DNA of 64,000 nucleotides from an uncultured cyanobacterium (lineage in GTDB: Bacteria; Cyanobacteriota; Cyanobacteriia; Cyanobacteriales; Cyanobacteriaceae), in contig CAVVOP010000021.1 of the NCBI GenBank assembly GCA_963749915.1, positions 224,001 through 288,000 of the forward strand. The letters run 5' to 3'. The number at the start of each line of letters is the position of its first letter. The first letter of the stretch is position 1. Positions 40,658 to 50,734 of the stretch are shown one piece after another. Below the pieces are notes generated by a model. The model was not told where the DNA came from. It saw nothing but the letters and a program-made list of their open reading frames with translations, and did not search any database. A program made the translations under genes and the position numbers.

Positions 40658-41908
40658 ATGACTAATTCACAAGGTAAAAGAGTTGTCGTTACTGGTTTAG
40701 GAGCAATTACTCCCATAGGTAACACGGTAGAATCCTATTGGCAAGGTTTAATGGAAGGTCGTAGCGGCATCGGTAAGATTACCTGTTTTGACGCCAGTGA
40801 TCATGCTTGTAAAATCGCCGGTGAAGTGAAGAATTTTGATCCTTTACTATACATGGATCGCAAGGAAGCCAAACGCATGGCACGGTTTTCTCAATTTGCC
40901 GTAGCTGGAAGTGTTGATGCTTTAAAAGATGCTAATTTAGTGATCAATGATGACAACGCCGATGATGTCGGTATTATTATCGGTACAGGAGTTGGCGGTT
41001 TAAAAGTCATGGAAGAACAGCAGGAAGTATTGTTAACTAAAGGTCCTAGTCGAGTAACTCCCTTTCTCGTGCCGACGATGATTTCGAATATGGCGGCTGG
41101 TTTAACTGCAATTCATGTGGGGGCAAAAGGACCTAATTCCTGTTCTGTGACGGCCTGTGCGGCGGGTTCAAATGCTATCGGCGACGCTTTTCGGATGATT
41201 CAGGGAGGCTATGCTAAAGCGATGATTTGCGGTGGAACAGAGGCGGCGATCACTCCTTTGGCTATAGCAGGTTTTGCTTCGGCCAAGGCTTTATCAACCC
41301 GTAATGATAGCCCAGAAACCGCTAGTCGTCCTTTTGATCGTGATCGTGATGGTTTTGTCATGGGAGAAGGTTGCGGTATCTTAATTTTAGAGGAAAGAGA
41401 ATACGCTTTAGCAAGGGGTGCAAAAATTTACGCCGAGATAGTGGGTTATGGTATGACTTGCGATGCTTACCACATGACTTCTCCCGTTCCTGAAGGATTA
41501 GGAGCGACTAAAGCTATGGAGTTAGCCTTGAAAGATGGTAATTTAAGCCCTTCAGAAATTAGTTACGTCAATGCCCATGGTACAAGTACCTCGGCTAATG
41601 ATACCACGGAAACGAAGGCGATTAAACGAGCTTTAGGGGATCATGCCTATAATATTGTAGTTAGTTCTACTAAATCTATGACGGGGCATCTTTTGGGTGG
41701 ATCTGGTGGCATTGAAGCAGTGGCAACGGTTTTAGCCATCGCCAATGATCAAGTTCCTCCCACTATTAACTTGAACAATCCTGATCCTGAGTGTGATTTG
41801 GATTATGTCCCTAATCAAAGCCGTAAAGTTATGGTGAATGCGGCTTTATCTAATTCCTTCGGTTTTGGTGGCCATAATGTGACGATCGCCTTCAGAAAAC
41901 ATTTATAA
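40658..41908 (+). CDS. fabF: Beta-ketoacyl-ACP synthase II
   Basis: RVVVTGLG, TACAAG, NAHGTST, KSMTGHLLG, SNSFGFGG. Confidence 0.96.
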   Translation: MTNSQGKRVVVTGLGAITPIGNTVESYWQGLMEGRSGIGKITCFDASDHACKIAGEVKNFDPLLYMDRKEAKRMARFSQFAVAGSVDALKDANLVINDDNADDVGIIIGTGVGGLKVMEEQQEVLLTKGPSRVTPFLVPTMISNMAAGLTAIHVGAKGPNSCSVTACAAGSNAIGDAFRMIQGGYAKAMICGGTEAAITPLAIAGFASAKALSTRNDSPETASRPFDRDRDGFVMGEGCGILILEEREYALARGAKIYAEIVGYGMTCDAYHMTSPVPEGLGATKAMELALKDGNLSPSEISYVNAHGTSTSANDTTETKAIKRALGDHAYNIVVSSTKSMTGHLLGGSGGIEAVATVLAIANDQVPPTINLNNPDPECDLDYVPNQSRKVMVNAALSNSFGFGGHNVTIAFRKHL

Positions 41909-42343
41909 TAAGAAGTATTCTTGGTTTTGAGACCAAAATTAGTTTCTTTTCCTCGAACAATTCTCTGTTTAACTGTAACAAGCCGCTTGTTTCGGCGTTG
42001 CTTAACAATTTGTAAGCGTAGTGAATGTTCTGGAGATGGTTAGCGATGGCTTTCTCATAAGCGGCTAACTTGTCTGTTGTTACTAATAAAAAATGCTCAA
42101 AGCCTTTTGGCATCAGAGACAGAAGATTTTTTCTTTTTTGAGTGAGTAAGTTTCATCTTTGCTGATGTAATTGTCTAGTTCCAGGTAATATGGACAATCT
42201 CTACAGGGACAGTGGTGAGGAAAGAGTGGATGGATAATTTTGGGGTCTAAAAAATTTAGGTTTTAGGTTGTAGGGACTACCTGCTGTCGTGCTAGTTTTT
42301 AGTTAATAATAGTTAATCGTTAGTAAAATATTTGGATTTATTT

Positions 42344-43171
42344 ATGAGTCAGGAAAATTTAATTCCCGTAGTTGTTAATGGCGCCGCCGGAAAAATGGGC
42401 AAAGAGGTTATCAAAGCCATCGCCTCGGTTGACGACATGATTTTGGTGGGTGCAGTGGACCAAAATTCGACATTGTTAGGGCAAGATGTGGGAGAAGTGG
42501 CGGGTTGTGGAGAGTTAGAAATTCCCATAGTCAACGATTTGCAAAGCGTTTTAGTGTTGGCGACTCAATATAAAATACAAGGGGTGATGGTGGATTTTAC
42601 CCATCCCGACAGCGTTTACGAAAATGTGAGAAGTGCGATCGCCTATGGAATACGTCCTGTCGTCGGAACAACTGGACTATCTCCCGAGCAAATCCGGGAC
42701 TTAGCCGACTTCGCCGAGAAAGCTACCACAGGAGTATTAATCATTCCTAACTTTTCCATCGGTATGGTCTTAATGCAACAAGCCGCCATCCAAGCTGCTC
42801 AATATTTTGATCATGTAGAGATAATTGAATTACATCATAACCAAAAAGCCGATGCACCCAGTGGTACAGCCATTAAAACCGCAGAGATGTTATCAGATTT
42901 AGGTAAAAGCTACAATCCCCAATTAATAAAAGAGACGGAAAATTTAGCTGGTGCTAGGGGTAGTATTTGCGGTGAGAATATTCGTATTCATAGTGTGCGT
43001 TTACCTGGTTTAATTGCCCATCAAGAAGTGATTTTTGGTTCCCAAGGAGAAATTTACACCTTACGTCATGACACCAGCGATCGATCCTGTTATATGAACG
43101 GAGTTTTATTCTCTATTCGCAAAATTACCGAACTTAAATCTCTGGTTTATGGCTTAGAAAAAATACTATAA
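42344..43171 (+). CDS. dapB: 4-hydroxy-tetrahydrodipicolinate reductase
   Basis: [30 protein letters not shown]. Confidence 0.95.
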   Translation: MSQENLIPVVVNGAAGKMGKEVIKAIASVDDMILVGAVDQNSTLLGQDVGEVAGCGELEIPIVNDLQSVLVLATQYKIQGVMVDFTHPDSVYENVRSAIAYGIRPVVGTTGLSPEQIRDLADFAEKATTGVLIIPNFSIGMVLMQQAAIQAAQYFDHVEIIELHHNQKADAPSGTAIKTAEMLSDLGKSYNPQLIKETENLAGARGSICGENIRIHSVRLPGLIAHQEVIFGSQGEIYTLRHDTSDRSCYMNGVLFSIRKITELKSLVYGLEKIL

Positions 43172-43262
43172 AATAATAAGGATCTTCCAATTTGAGTATG
43201 ATAAATTGTTTATTATTTATCATAGAAGAATTTTATTCAATAATTATTTAACTAATAAGTTT

Positions 43263-44606
43263 ATGTTGGAACTATTACCCTTTTTTATTCCTATTAATCC
43301 TACCATTTTTTATAGTCAAAATACTATTCAAAATAGTGAAATAGTTACCCAAGAAAATTACATCCTACGCCCTTTGCCTGGAGAGTTGAACAAAATTCCC
43401 GTATTTAATAGTAATAGTCCAGAATTAGTATCAGGAGAAGGAATTTTACTTTCTACTTTCCCCAAGGAAAACAAAACCTACCCTGAAGCTCACTTAAACT
43501 TTGGCTTTCAAGGGAGATTTGACATTTTTGCCCACCATGTAGCCAAGCCACCGACTGAGGACGACAAAAGGACTTTATATTTAGGCATCATCGTACATAA
43601 TCCTACCGCCGAAACTGTAACCATTCAAACATTACAAGGAGCAAGTTATTTAAGTCAACCCGATGCACCTTTTATTAGCCTGCCCTCCCAAGTAGAAGGT
43701 AGTAATATTTATGCTGGTCCGGGTAGTAGAGTTATGGGAGATATTTTGCAAGGAAAACGTCAAGAAATCTTCCCCCCAGAAATTACCATCCAACCAGGAG
43801 AAAGTAAAATGTTACTAAATTTGCCCATTCCGGTGCAAACTTTGAATCCCCCCATCAATGGACGTTCCACTTATATGAGATTATATAGTAGTGGACAAGT
43901 CTATATAGCTAGTTTAGCCATGTATCAAGACGGAGAAGATAATCCCCCAAGTCTCCCTCAATGGCAACAACTTTTAGAAAATCGACCATTATCATCCCCC
44001 CGTGACTTAGCACCAACCCCTCCCGAAGCACAGGGGAAAAAAATTTATGGCAGAGTTTCAGGAGTTTCTGAAGGTAATCTGTGGAAAACCGACTTAACGG
44101 ATTCTCCTTCAACGCCAATTCTGACTATTCCTAACTCCGGGGAGGCTTTTTCCTATGGTTTAAGCACTTTAATTGGTGGTACATTGGGAACAAATCAAAT
44201 TCAAACTGCACCGATGATGGTAAGGTACCCTGATACTGCCTATAGTGCACACGGTAATTATGGGGTACAATACAGTTTAACTTTGCCCTTATTTAATGCC
44301 AGCAATGATAATAAAATCGTCAATATAGCCATTTCCACCCCAGTCAAACAAGACACCCCTGAAGTTAACTTTTTAAATCCCCTTCCGACACAAACATTTT
44401 TTCGGGGCCTGGTACAAGTCAAATATAATGATGACAATAATATTCCCCGTTTAAAATACTTTCATTTAGTGCAAAAAAGAGGAGAAAAGGGAGAAAATTT
44501 AGTTACTCTAACCATGCCTCCTGAATCGGAAAAATTAGTATTTGTTGATTTTCTTTATCCTCCTGATGCCACGCCTCCTCAAATTTTGACGGTGATGACA
44601 GAATAA
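43263..44606 (+). CDS. DUF3370-like protein
   Basis: PVFNSNSPE, GILLSTFP, AHGNYGVQY, YPPDATPPQILT. Confidence 0.75.
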   Translation: MLELLPFFIPINPTIFYSQNTIQNSEIVTQENYILRPLPGELNKIPVFNSNSPELVSGEGILLSTFPKENKTYPEAHLNFGFQGRFDIFAHHVAKPPTEDDKRTLYLGIIVHNPTAETVTIQTLQGASYLSQPDAPFISLPSQVEGSNIYAGPGSRVMGDILQGKRQEIFPPEITIQPGESKMLLNLPIPVQTLNPPINGRSTYMRLYSSGQVYIASLAMYQDGEDNPPSLPQWQQLLENRPLSSPRDLAPTPPEAQGKKIYGRVSGVSEGNLWKTDLTDSPSTPILTIPNSGEAFSYGLSTLIGGTLGTNQIQTAPMMVRYPDTAYSAHGNYGVQYSLTLPLFNASNDNKIVNIAISTPVKQDTPEVNFLNPLPTQTFFRGLVQVKYNDDNNIPRLKYFHLVQKRGEKGENLVTLTMPPESEKLVFVDFLYPPDATPPQILTVMTE

Positions 44607-44719
44607 TTGACAATTAACAATAATTTTATAGCACCATTGGACTTTTAACAAAAAAGCTAACTACCCAAGACTTTAACATTAAAGATCTGAGACAGTGACT
44701 TTAAGTAATTGCTCTGTGA

Positions 44720-46864
44720 TTACTCACAGAGTGCAAAAAAATTATAATGATTTAATCCATCAAGAATCCCCTCGGCAAATTGTTTTTCGGAGAAGTAGAT
44801 GGGTTCAATTTCTGCCATTTTGGAAAGTTCTTCCTGATGGCGATTAGCTACTACTACGGATAAGGTATTACCTAACATCATATCTTCATCACCTCCTGAA
44901 CCTCCTGCCGTCAGTATTCGGTTTAAAGGAATATCCCATTGTTGAGCAAACCACCTTAAGGCATAGCCTTTTGAAGCTCTCACGGGTACAATATCTAAAA
45001 ATTGACCAAAGGAGAAAATCACATTTACTGTGTGTTCATTTTGGTACAAAATTCTTTTAATTTCTTCTACAGTGGGTGCCACATTGGGATCATAAAAATA
45101 GCTGATTTTATAAATGCTTTGTTCTGTTTTTGGTTGTAAGGTAATGCCGGGTAATTCTGTCAACAAAGATGCCAGTTTTCGTGGATTCCATAAATAATTA
45201 ATATGATTTGTCCAAGCATCATCCCTGGTAAGTTCCGGGGCATAATAAATTTCTGTTCCCATGCTAGTGATTAAGACATCGGGTTGAGGTATATTGTGTT
45301 TGCGCAATATTTTTAAGGCGGAATCCAACCTTCTTCCTGTGGCGATACAGAAACTAATATTTTTGCGTTTTTCGTTGATGATATTCATCAATTCTTTTAG
45401 AGATTCTTGATCTCCGAGTAAGTTTTGATCAATACTGGTAACGATGGCCCCATTGTTATACATCATCGCCCGACGTTGAACTGCAACTCTTTGTAGGGGT
45501 TCAGTCTTATCAATTATGGGTTGCAACATTTTTACATAAGTATCAACATGAGATTTCCATGTATAGTACTGTTTAACTTTTTTGATGCCATTATGAGCTA
45601 AAGTTTGCCAATTTTTGTGGTCGGAAAGAACTTTTAAGATATGATCAGCAATGTCTTGAGGATCAAGAGGATCGATGAGATAACCATTTTGGCAGTTTTT
45701 AATGATATCAACAGGCCCTCCATCTTTAGTAGCAACAATAGGTAAACCACTAGCCGCCGCCTCAATCAAAGTCAGTCCAAAAGGTTCGGTTAAAGCTGGA
45801 TTCACTAAAACTCCCCCAGATAATGCCGCTAAACGATAAATGGGGCCGATGTCTTCCGAGGCGATGGTTTTGGGATAGGCTACTTTACCGTAAAGATCAT
45901 AGCGATCGATTGTCAATAATAAATCTGTGAAAATTTCTTGAATACCAGGGTTTAAATCTTTGACATCATGTCTTGTGCCAGCAAAAATAACCAAATTAGC
46001 CTTGTGTTGTAGCTTTTCGCATTGTCCAAAGGATTCTATTAATATCTGAATATTTTTTCTTTGATCTAAACGGGAAAGGGCCAAAATAATTGGCTTCTGA
46101 GGATGTTTTAAAAACCGAGCTATAGTCTTAAATATATTACTTTCCCATTCATCACCTTCGGGGGGATAAAATTCCTCTACATCAGTACCAGGAGGAATAA
46201 CCCGCATTTGTTGAGGTTCATAATAATCATACTGAGCATACTGTTCATTAATTTCCTGATGGGTACTAGTAATCACCCTTTCCGCCGAACTGAGGGTTTC
46301 TTCTTCCGCATTGATACGACGAGTCATATTATAACGTTTTTCAATAACGTCTCTTGTAATACCACTGGCTAAAAGTCTTTTTCTTTTGCTACGGCCCAAA
46401 GAATGTCCTGTATGAATCAAAGGAATACCGAGTTGGTGAGATAATCGAACACCAACATATCCTGAATCGGCATAATGGCTATGAATCACATCAGGCATTT
46501 TCTCCTGATTTTTAAGATAGTCGATGGCATTATCTGCAAAGTTATCTAAATAATCCCATAATTCTTCCTTGGGTATATAGTCATCTAAATTACAGGAAAT
46601 ACGAATAATATTGGCTTTTTTATTTAAAACTTCTACGGGTTGACTATAATCAGAACTAACTCGAGGGTCAATTAATAGTCTGGTCATTAAATCAACTCTT
46701 TTAATATCAGAATGTTTCGATAATGCTTCCGCTAACTCTAAGACGTATTTGGTTTGACCTCCAGTATCCGCATCTTTTCCTAATTCTAAATCTTTTCCCC
46801 TAATTAGGCCATGAACACTGATTAGTAATATGTATTTTTGGTTATTTTTCATTATCTCCACCAC
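44720..46864 (-). CDS. spsA: Sucrose-phosphate synthase with C-terminal SPP-like domain
   Basis: HGLIRG..ELGKDADTGGQTKYV, HSHYAD, EPFGLTLIEAAA; HAD-like C-terminus. Confidence 0.92.
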   Translation of the reverse strand: MVEIMKNNQKYILLISVHGLIRGKDLELGKDADTGGQTKYVLELAEALSKHSDIKRVDLMTRLLIDPRVSSDYSQPVEVLNKKANIIRISCNLDDYIPKEELWDYLDNFADNAIDYLKNQEKMPDVIHSHYADSGYVGVRLSHQLGIPLIHTGHSLGRSKRKRLLASGITRDVIEKRYNMTRRINAEEETLSSAERVITSTHQEINEQYAQYDYYEPQQMRVIPPGTDVEEFYPPEGDEWESNIFKTIARFLKHPQKPIILALSRLDQRKNIQILIESFGQCEKLQHKANLVIFAGTRHDVKDLNPGIQEIFTDLLLTIDRYDLYGKVAYPKTIASEDIGPIYRLAALSGGVLVNPALTEPFGLTLIEAAASGLPIVATKDGGPVDIIKNCQNGYLIDPLDPQDIADHILKVLSDHKNWQTLAHNGIKKVKQYYTWKSHVDTYVKMLQPIIDKTEPLQRVAVQRRAMMYNNGAIVTSIDQNLLGDQESLKELMNIINEKRKNISFCIATGRRLDSALKILRKHNIPQPDVLITSMGTEIYYAPELTRDDAWTNHINYLWNPRKLASLLTELPGITLQPKTEQSIYKISYFYDPNVAPTVEEIKRILYQNEHTVNVIFSFGQFLDIVPVRASKGYALRWFAQQWDIPLNRILTAGGSGGDEDMMLGNTLSVVVANRHQEELSKMAEIEPIYFSEKQFAEGILDGLNHYNFFALCE

Positions 46865-47133
46865 AATACTGTGTTTTACTTGATTATACCCCGTGTTGGT
46901 TGGTTGTCAGATAATAACAATAGAACCCAATACTGTTCGGTTAAAAAAATAAAATTGTAGGTTAGATTTTGGATTGAGTGTTAATTATGTCAATCCAACT
47001 CTAGATCAAGGTTTTTCCCAATTCTGAATTCTGAATACTGAACTTGGTTACAATATACTTAGATAATTATAGTAAAGTGTAAAAAGCTCCATTGAGGGCG
47101 TATAACGAGGAAAAACTGGAGAAAAAAGTAATA

Positions 47134-49413
47134 ATGGGTAGAGTCGTTGGTATAGATTTAGGCACAACTAACTCAGTGGTAGCAGTTATGGAAGGGGGAA
47201 AGCCTCTGGTTATCCCCAATTCTGAAGGCAGTCGCACCACCCCCTCAGTGGTAGGTTTTAACAAAGATGGTGAATTGGTTATCGGGCAAATGGCACGGCG
47301 ACAAGGGGTATTAAATCCTCAAAATACTTACTATGGTATTAAGCGTTTCATGGGGCGTAAATATTCGGAGTTAAACGAAGAATCAAAGCTTGTGCCTTAT
47401 ACTATTCGTAGGGATGAAGTCAATAATATTAAAATTCGTTGTCCTCGTCTCAAAAAAGAGTTTGCCCCGGAAGAAGTTTCAGCGATGATTTTACGCAAAT
47501 TAGCCGAAGAAGCTGAGAGATATTTGGGGGAAGAAGTTACGGGGGCTGTAATTACTGTACCCGCATATTTCAACGATGCTCAACGTCAAGCTACCAAAGA
47601 CGCCGGAAAAATTGCTGGTTTGGAAGTGTTAAGAATTGTAAATGAGCCCACCGCTGCCTCTTTGGCTTATGGGTTGGAAAAAAAACGCAGTGAGAAAATT
47701 CTCGTTTTTGACTTGGGAGGAGGAACTTTTGACGTTTCTATCCTTGAGGTGGGTGACGGTGTTTTAGAAGTTAGGGCTACCAGTGGTGATACCCAGTTGG
47801 GGGGCAACGATTTTGATAAGCGCATCGTCGATTATCTTGCCGAGGAATTTTTAGAAGCTGAAGGAGTGGATTTAAGACGCGATCGCCAATCCCTACAAAG
47901 GTTAACAGAAGCGGCGGAAAAAGCCAAAATTGAGCTATCCGGGGTGAGTAATACGGAGATCAACTTACCCTTTATCACTGCTACGGAGGAAGGACCAAAA
48001 CATATCGAAACAAGTCTCAGTCGTGCCAAATTTGAAGAATTATGTGGTGACTTAGTGTCTCGTTTACGGCGTCCCATTCAAAGAGCTTTAAAAGACGCAG
48101 GTTTAAGCCCCGTACAAATAGATGAGGTTGTATTAGTGGGAGGTTCAACTCGTATTCCTTTAGTCCAAGAGTTGGTTCGTAGTTTTATCGATATTGAGCC
48201 CAATCAGAATGTTAACCCTGATGAGGTTGTGGCCGTGGGGGCAGCTATTCAAGCAGGGATTTTAGGAGGGGAAGTAAGAGATATTTTACTCTTGGATGTG
48301 ACCCCTCTATCCATCGGTGTGGAAACCATCGGTGGTGTAACCAAAAAACTTTTGCCCCGGAATACTACAATTCCTGTAAGGCGATCGGATGTTTTCTCTA
48401 CCTCAGAAAATAATCAAACTTCCGTCGAGATTCATGTAGTGCAAGGGGAACGGGAAATGGCTGAGGATAATAAATCTTTAGGGCGTTTCAAATTAACGGG
48501 TATTCCCCCTGCACCAAGAGGTGTACCCCAAATACAAGTGTCTTTTGATATTGACGCTAACGGTATTTTACAGGTAATCGCCAGAGATAAAACTACAGGG
48601 AGAGAGCAAAGGATTATCGTTCAAGGTACTTCTACCTTATCACAATCAGAAGTCGATCGCATGATGACAGAAGCACAGGAATTTGCTAGGGAAGATAGAG
48701 AAAGACGAGATCGAGTGGAAAAACGTAATGGAGCTAAGGCTTTGACGGATCAAGCTCAACGCCGTTTAAGGGAAGTAACTCTCGATTTTGGCAGTCAATT
48801 TACTAACCCCTACCGCCGTGATATTGAGAATCTTTGTAGTGAGATTCTTGACAGTTTAGAAAAAGATGACGATCGCCGTTTAGATCGTAATCAAGCAGAC
48901 TTACAAGATGTTCTCTATGAATTAAATCGAGAAGTAAGACTGCAATATGATGATCAGGAAGAAGGGTTTTTCGAGTCCATCAAACGCACTTTTATTGGTG
49001 ATGACGAAGAAGACTATAACCCCAGAGATCGAGGTACTGTATATCGTAATCCTGATACAACTCCCTACGGTGCAAGGGTTTATCCCGGTCGAGATTATCG
49101 AGATTCCTATGAAAACCCCAACGATTATGGTTATGGCGGTAGTGGTTTATCTTCTCCCCGTCGTCCTTCACGAGTACCTCAAACAGATTCATATCCTCCT
49201 CAGCCATCTAGTCGCCGTTATGAAGATTATCCCGAAGAAGGCGATCCCACAGCACCACTTCGTGGACCCCGAAGCGACTCGCCGGAGGCACGGCCTCGTC
49301 GACCTCTCCGAGATCGCACTACGGCTTCCCGTAACAATCAGAGTTATAGTGTAGGCAAAAAACGGGATATTCCTTATGAAAACGGTTGGGAAGACGATGA
49401 CGACTGGTTTTAA
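47134..49413 (+). CDS. dnaK: Chaperone DnaK (DnaK3 type with long C-terminal extension)
   Basis: [26 protein letters not shown]; ends [12 protein letters not shown] 47134. Confidence 0.95.
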   Translation: MGRVVGIDLGTTNSVVAVMEGGKPLVIPNSEGSRTTPSVVGFNKDGELVIGQMARRQGVLNPQNTYYGIKRFMGRKYSELNEESKLVPYTIRRDEVNNIKIRCPRLKKEFAPEEVSAMILRKLAEEAERYLGEEVTGAVITVPAYFNDAQRQATKDAGKIAGLEVLRIVNEPTAASLAYGLEKKRSEKILVFDLGGGTFDVSILEVGDGVLEVRATSGDTQLGGNDFDKRIVDYLAEEFLEAEGVDLRRDRQSLQRLTEAAEKAKIELSGVSNTEINLPFITATEEGPKHIETSLSRAKFEELCGDLVSRLRRPIQRALKDAGLSPVQIDEVVLVGGSTRIPLVQELVRSFIDIEPNQNVNPDEVVAVGAAIQAGILGGEVRDILLLDVTPLSIGVETIGGVTKKLLPRNTTIPVRRSDVFSTSENNQTSVEIHVVQGEREMAEDNKSLGRFKLTGIPPAPRGVPQIQVSFDIDANGILQVIARDKTTGREQRIIVQGTSTLSQSEVDRMMTEAQEFAREDRERRDRVEKRNGAKALTDQAQRRLREVTLDFGSQFTNPYRRDIENLCSEILDSLEKDDDRRLDRNQADLQDVLYELNREVRLQYDDQEEGFFESIKRTFIGDDEEDYNPRDRGTVYRNPDTTPYGARVYPGRDYRDSYENPNDYGYGGSGLSSPRRPSRVPQTDSYPPQPSSRRYEDYPEEGDPTAPLRGPRSDSPEARPRRPLRDRTTASRNNQSYSVGKKRDIPYENGWEDDDDWF

Positions 49414-49460
49414 CTGCCCTTGTGCCTCCCCTGAAGGGCCGTTAATTCTTCATGTCTTTA

Positions 49461-49488
49461 TTCTAAATTCTAAATTCTAAATTCTAAA
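49461..49488. repeat. Heptamer tandem repeat (TTCTAAA) x4
   Basis: Read directly. Confidence 0.8.
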
Positions 49489-49534
49489 TTACCCTCATCA
49501 AATCGTTTTCGGGCAAATCCCTCCCAGTATTGAT

Positions 49535-50689
49535 ATGCCTTCTTTATCTGAATATCTATCCAAATCTTTAAACACCATAAAACGGGCTAATTGGTACCGT
49601 CAAGAAAAAGCCATTACAGGGTTATCTGGTGCGGTGATTGAATTGGACGGGCAAAAACTAGTTAATTTCGCCAGTAATGATTATCTGGGATTAGCTGCCG
49701 ATGAACTTTTAATCAATGCCGCTACCAAGGCTATACAAGAATATGGTACAGGTAGTACAGGGTCGAGATTACTTAGTGGACATCGCCCATTACACGAACA
49801 TTTGGAAACAGCCATCGCATCTTGGAAGGGGACAGAAAAAGCCTTAGTATTTAGTTCGGGATATAGTGCCAATATGGGTACAATTGCCGCCTTAGTCAAT
49901 CAAAAAGATTTAATTTTAGGAGATGAATATAATCATTCTAGTTTGAAAAACGGAGTAAAATTGAGCCAAAGTCAAACAATTGCCTATAAACACAATGATT
50001 GCCCCGATTTAGTCGCAAAATTAAGGGAAAATCGCTCTCAATATCGTCATTGTCTCATTCTCACCGATAGTGTTTTTAGTATGGATGGTGACTTATGCCC
50101 CTTACCGGAATTGATGGCCATCGCCAATAAATATGATTGTTGGTTAGTGATAGACGAAGCCCACGCTACAGGGGTTATGGGTGAAACGGGGGCGGGATGT
50201 TTACAGCATTTTGGCATAAAAGGAGAGAATATCATCCAAATTGGCACATTAAGCAAGGCGATCGGCAGTTTAGGGGGTTATGTGGCAGGAAGCCAACTTT
50301 TGATCGATTTTTTGCGAAATCGTTGCCCTACGTGGATTTATACCACAGCTTTATCTCCTGGGGATACGGCGGCGGCATTGATGGCCATTGAGATTATCCA
50401 ATCTGAACCAGAAAGGCGATGGCAATTATGGCAGAATATGGCATTGCTAAAACAAGAGCTTACTTCATTAAACAAGAGCTTTTTGCCATCAGAATCAGCT
50501 ATTTTGTGTTTAAAGTCAGAATCTACCCAAGAAGCCCTAAGATTAAGCCTCAAACTCCGGGAGAACGGATTTTTTGCCCCGGCTATCCGTCCCCCCACCG
50601 TGCCCACAAGCAGGATTCGTTTTTCTGTCATGGCAACTCATCAACCAGAACATTTCCGCCAATTAGGGAAGGTGATGGCAACTTTGTAG
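49535..50689 (+). CDS. bioF: 8-amino-7-oxononanoate synthase
   Basis: [45 protein letters not shown]. Confidence 0.93.
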   Translation: MPSLSEYLSKSLNTIKRANWYRQEKAITGLSGAVIELDGQKLVNFASNDYLGLAADELLINAATKAIQEYGTGSTGSRLLSGHRPLHEHLETAIASWKGTEKALVFSSGYSANMGTIAALVNQKDLILGDEYNHSSLKNGVKLSQSQTIAYKHNDCPDLVAKLRENRSQYRHCLILTDSVFSMDGDLCPLPELMAIANKYDCWLVIDEAHATGVMGETGAGCLQHFGIKGENIIQIGTLSKAIGSLGGYVAGSQLLIDFLRNRCPTWIYTTALSPGDTAAALMAIEIIQSEPERRWQLWQNMALLKQELTSLNKSFLPSESAILCLKSESTQEALRLSLKLRENGFFAPAIRPPTVPTSRIRFSVMATHQPEHFRQLGKVMATL

Positions 50690-50734
50690 TTTAACCTTTT
50701 TTTTGGCTTGTTACTTTGCCCTCACAGTAACTTT

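Noticed and set aside
41892..42113. 73-aa minus-strand ORF after fabF
   Set aside because: No RBS or recognisable domain; it may be a gene remnant, but I cannot support a call.
46931..47045. TACTGTTCGGTTAA as a possible MITE end upstream of dnaK
   Set aside because: No matching inverted partner found nearby.
48947..49354. 135-aa alternative-frame ORF inside the dnaK tail
   Set aside because: It overlaps a low-complexity region fully and has no recognisable motif.
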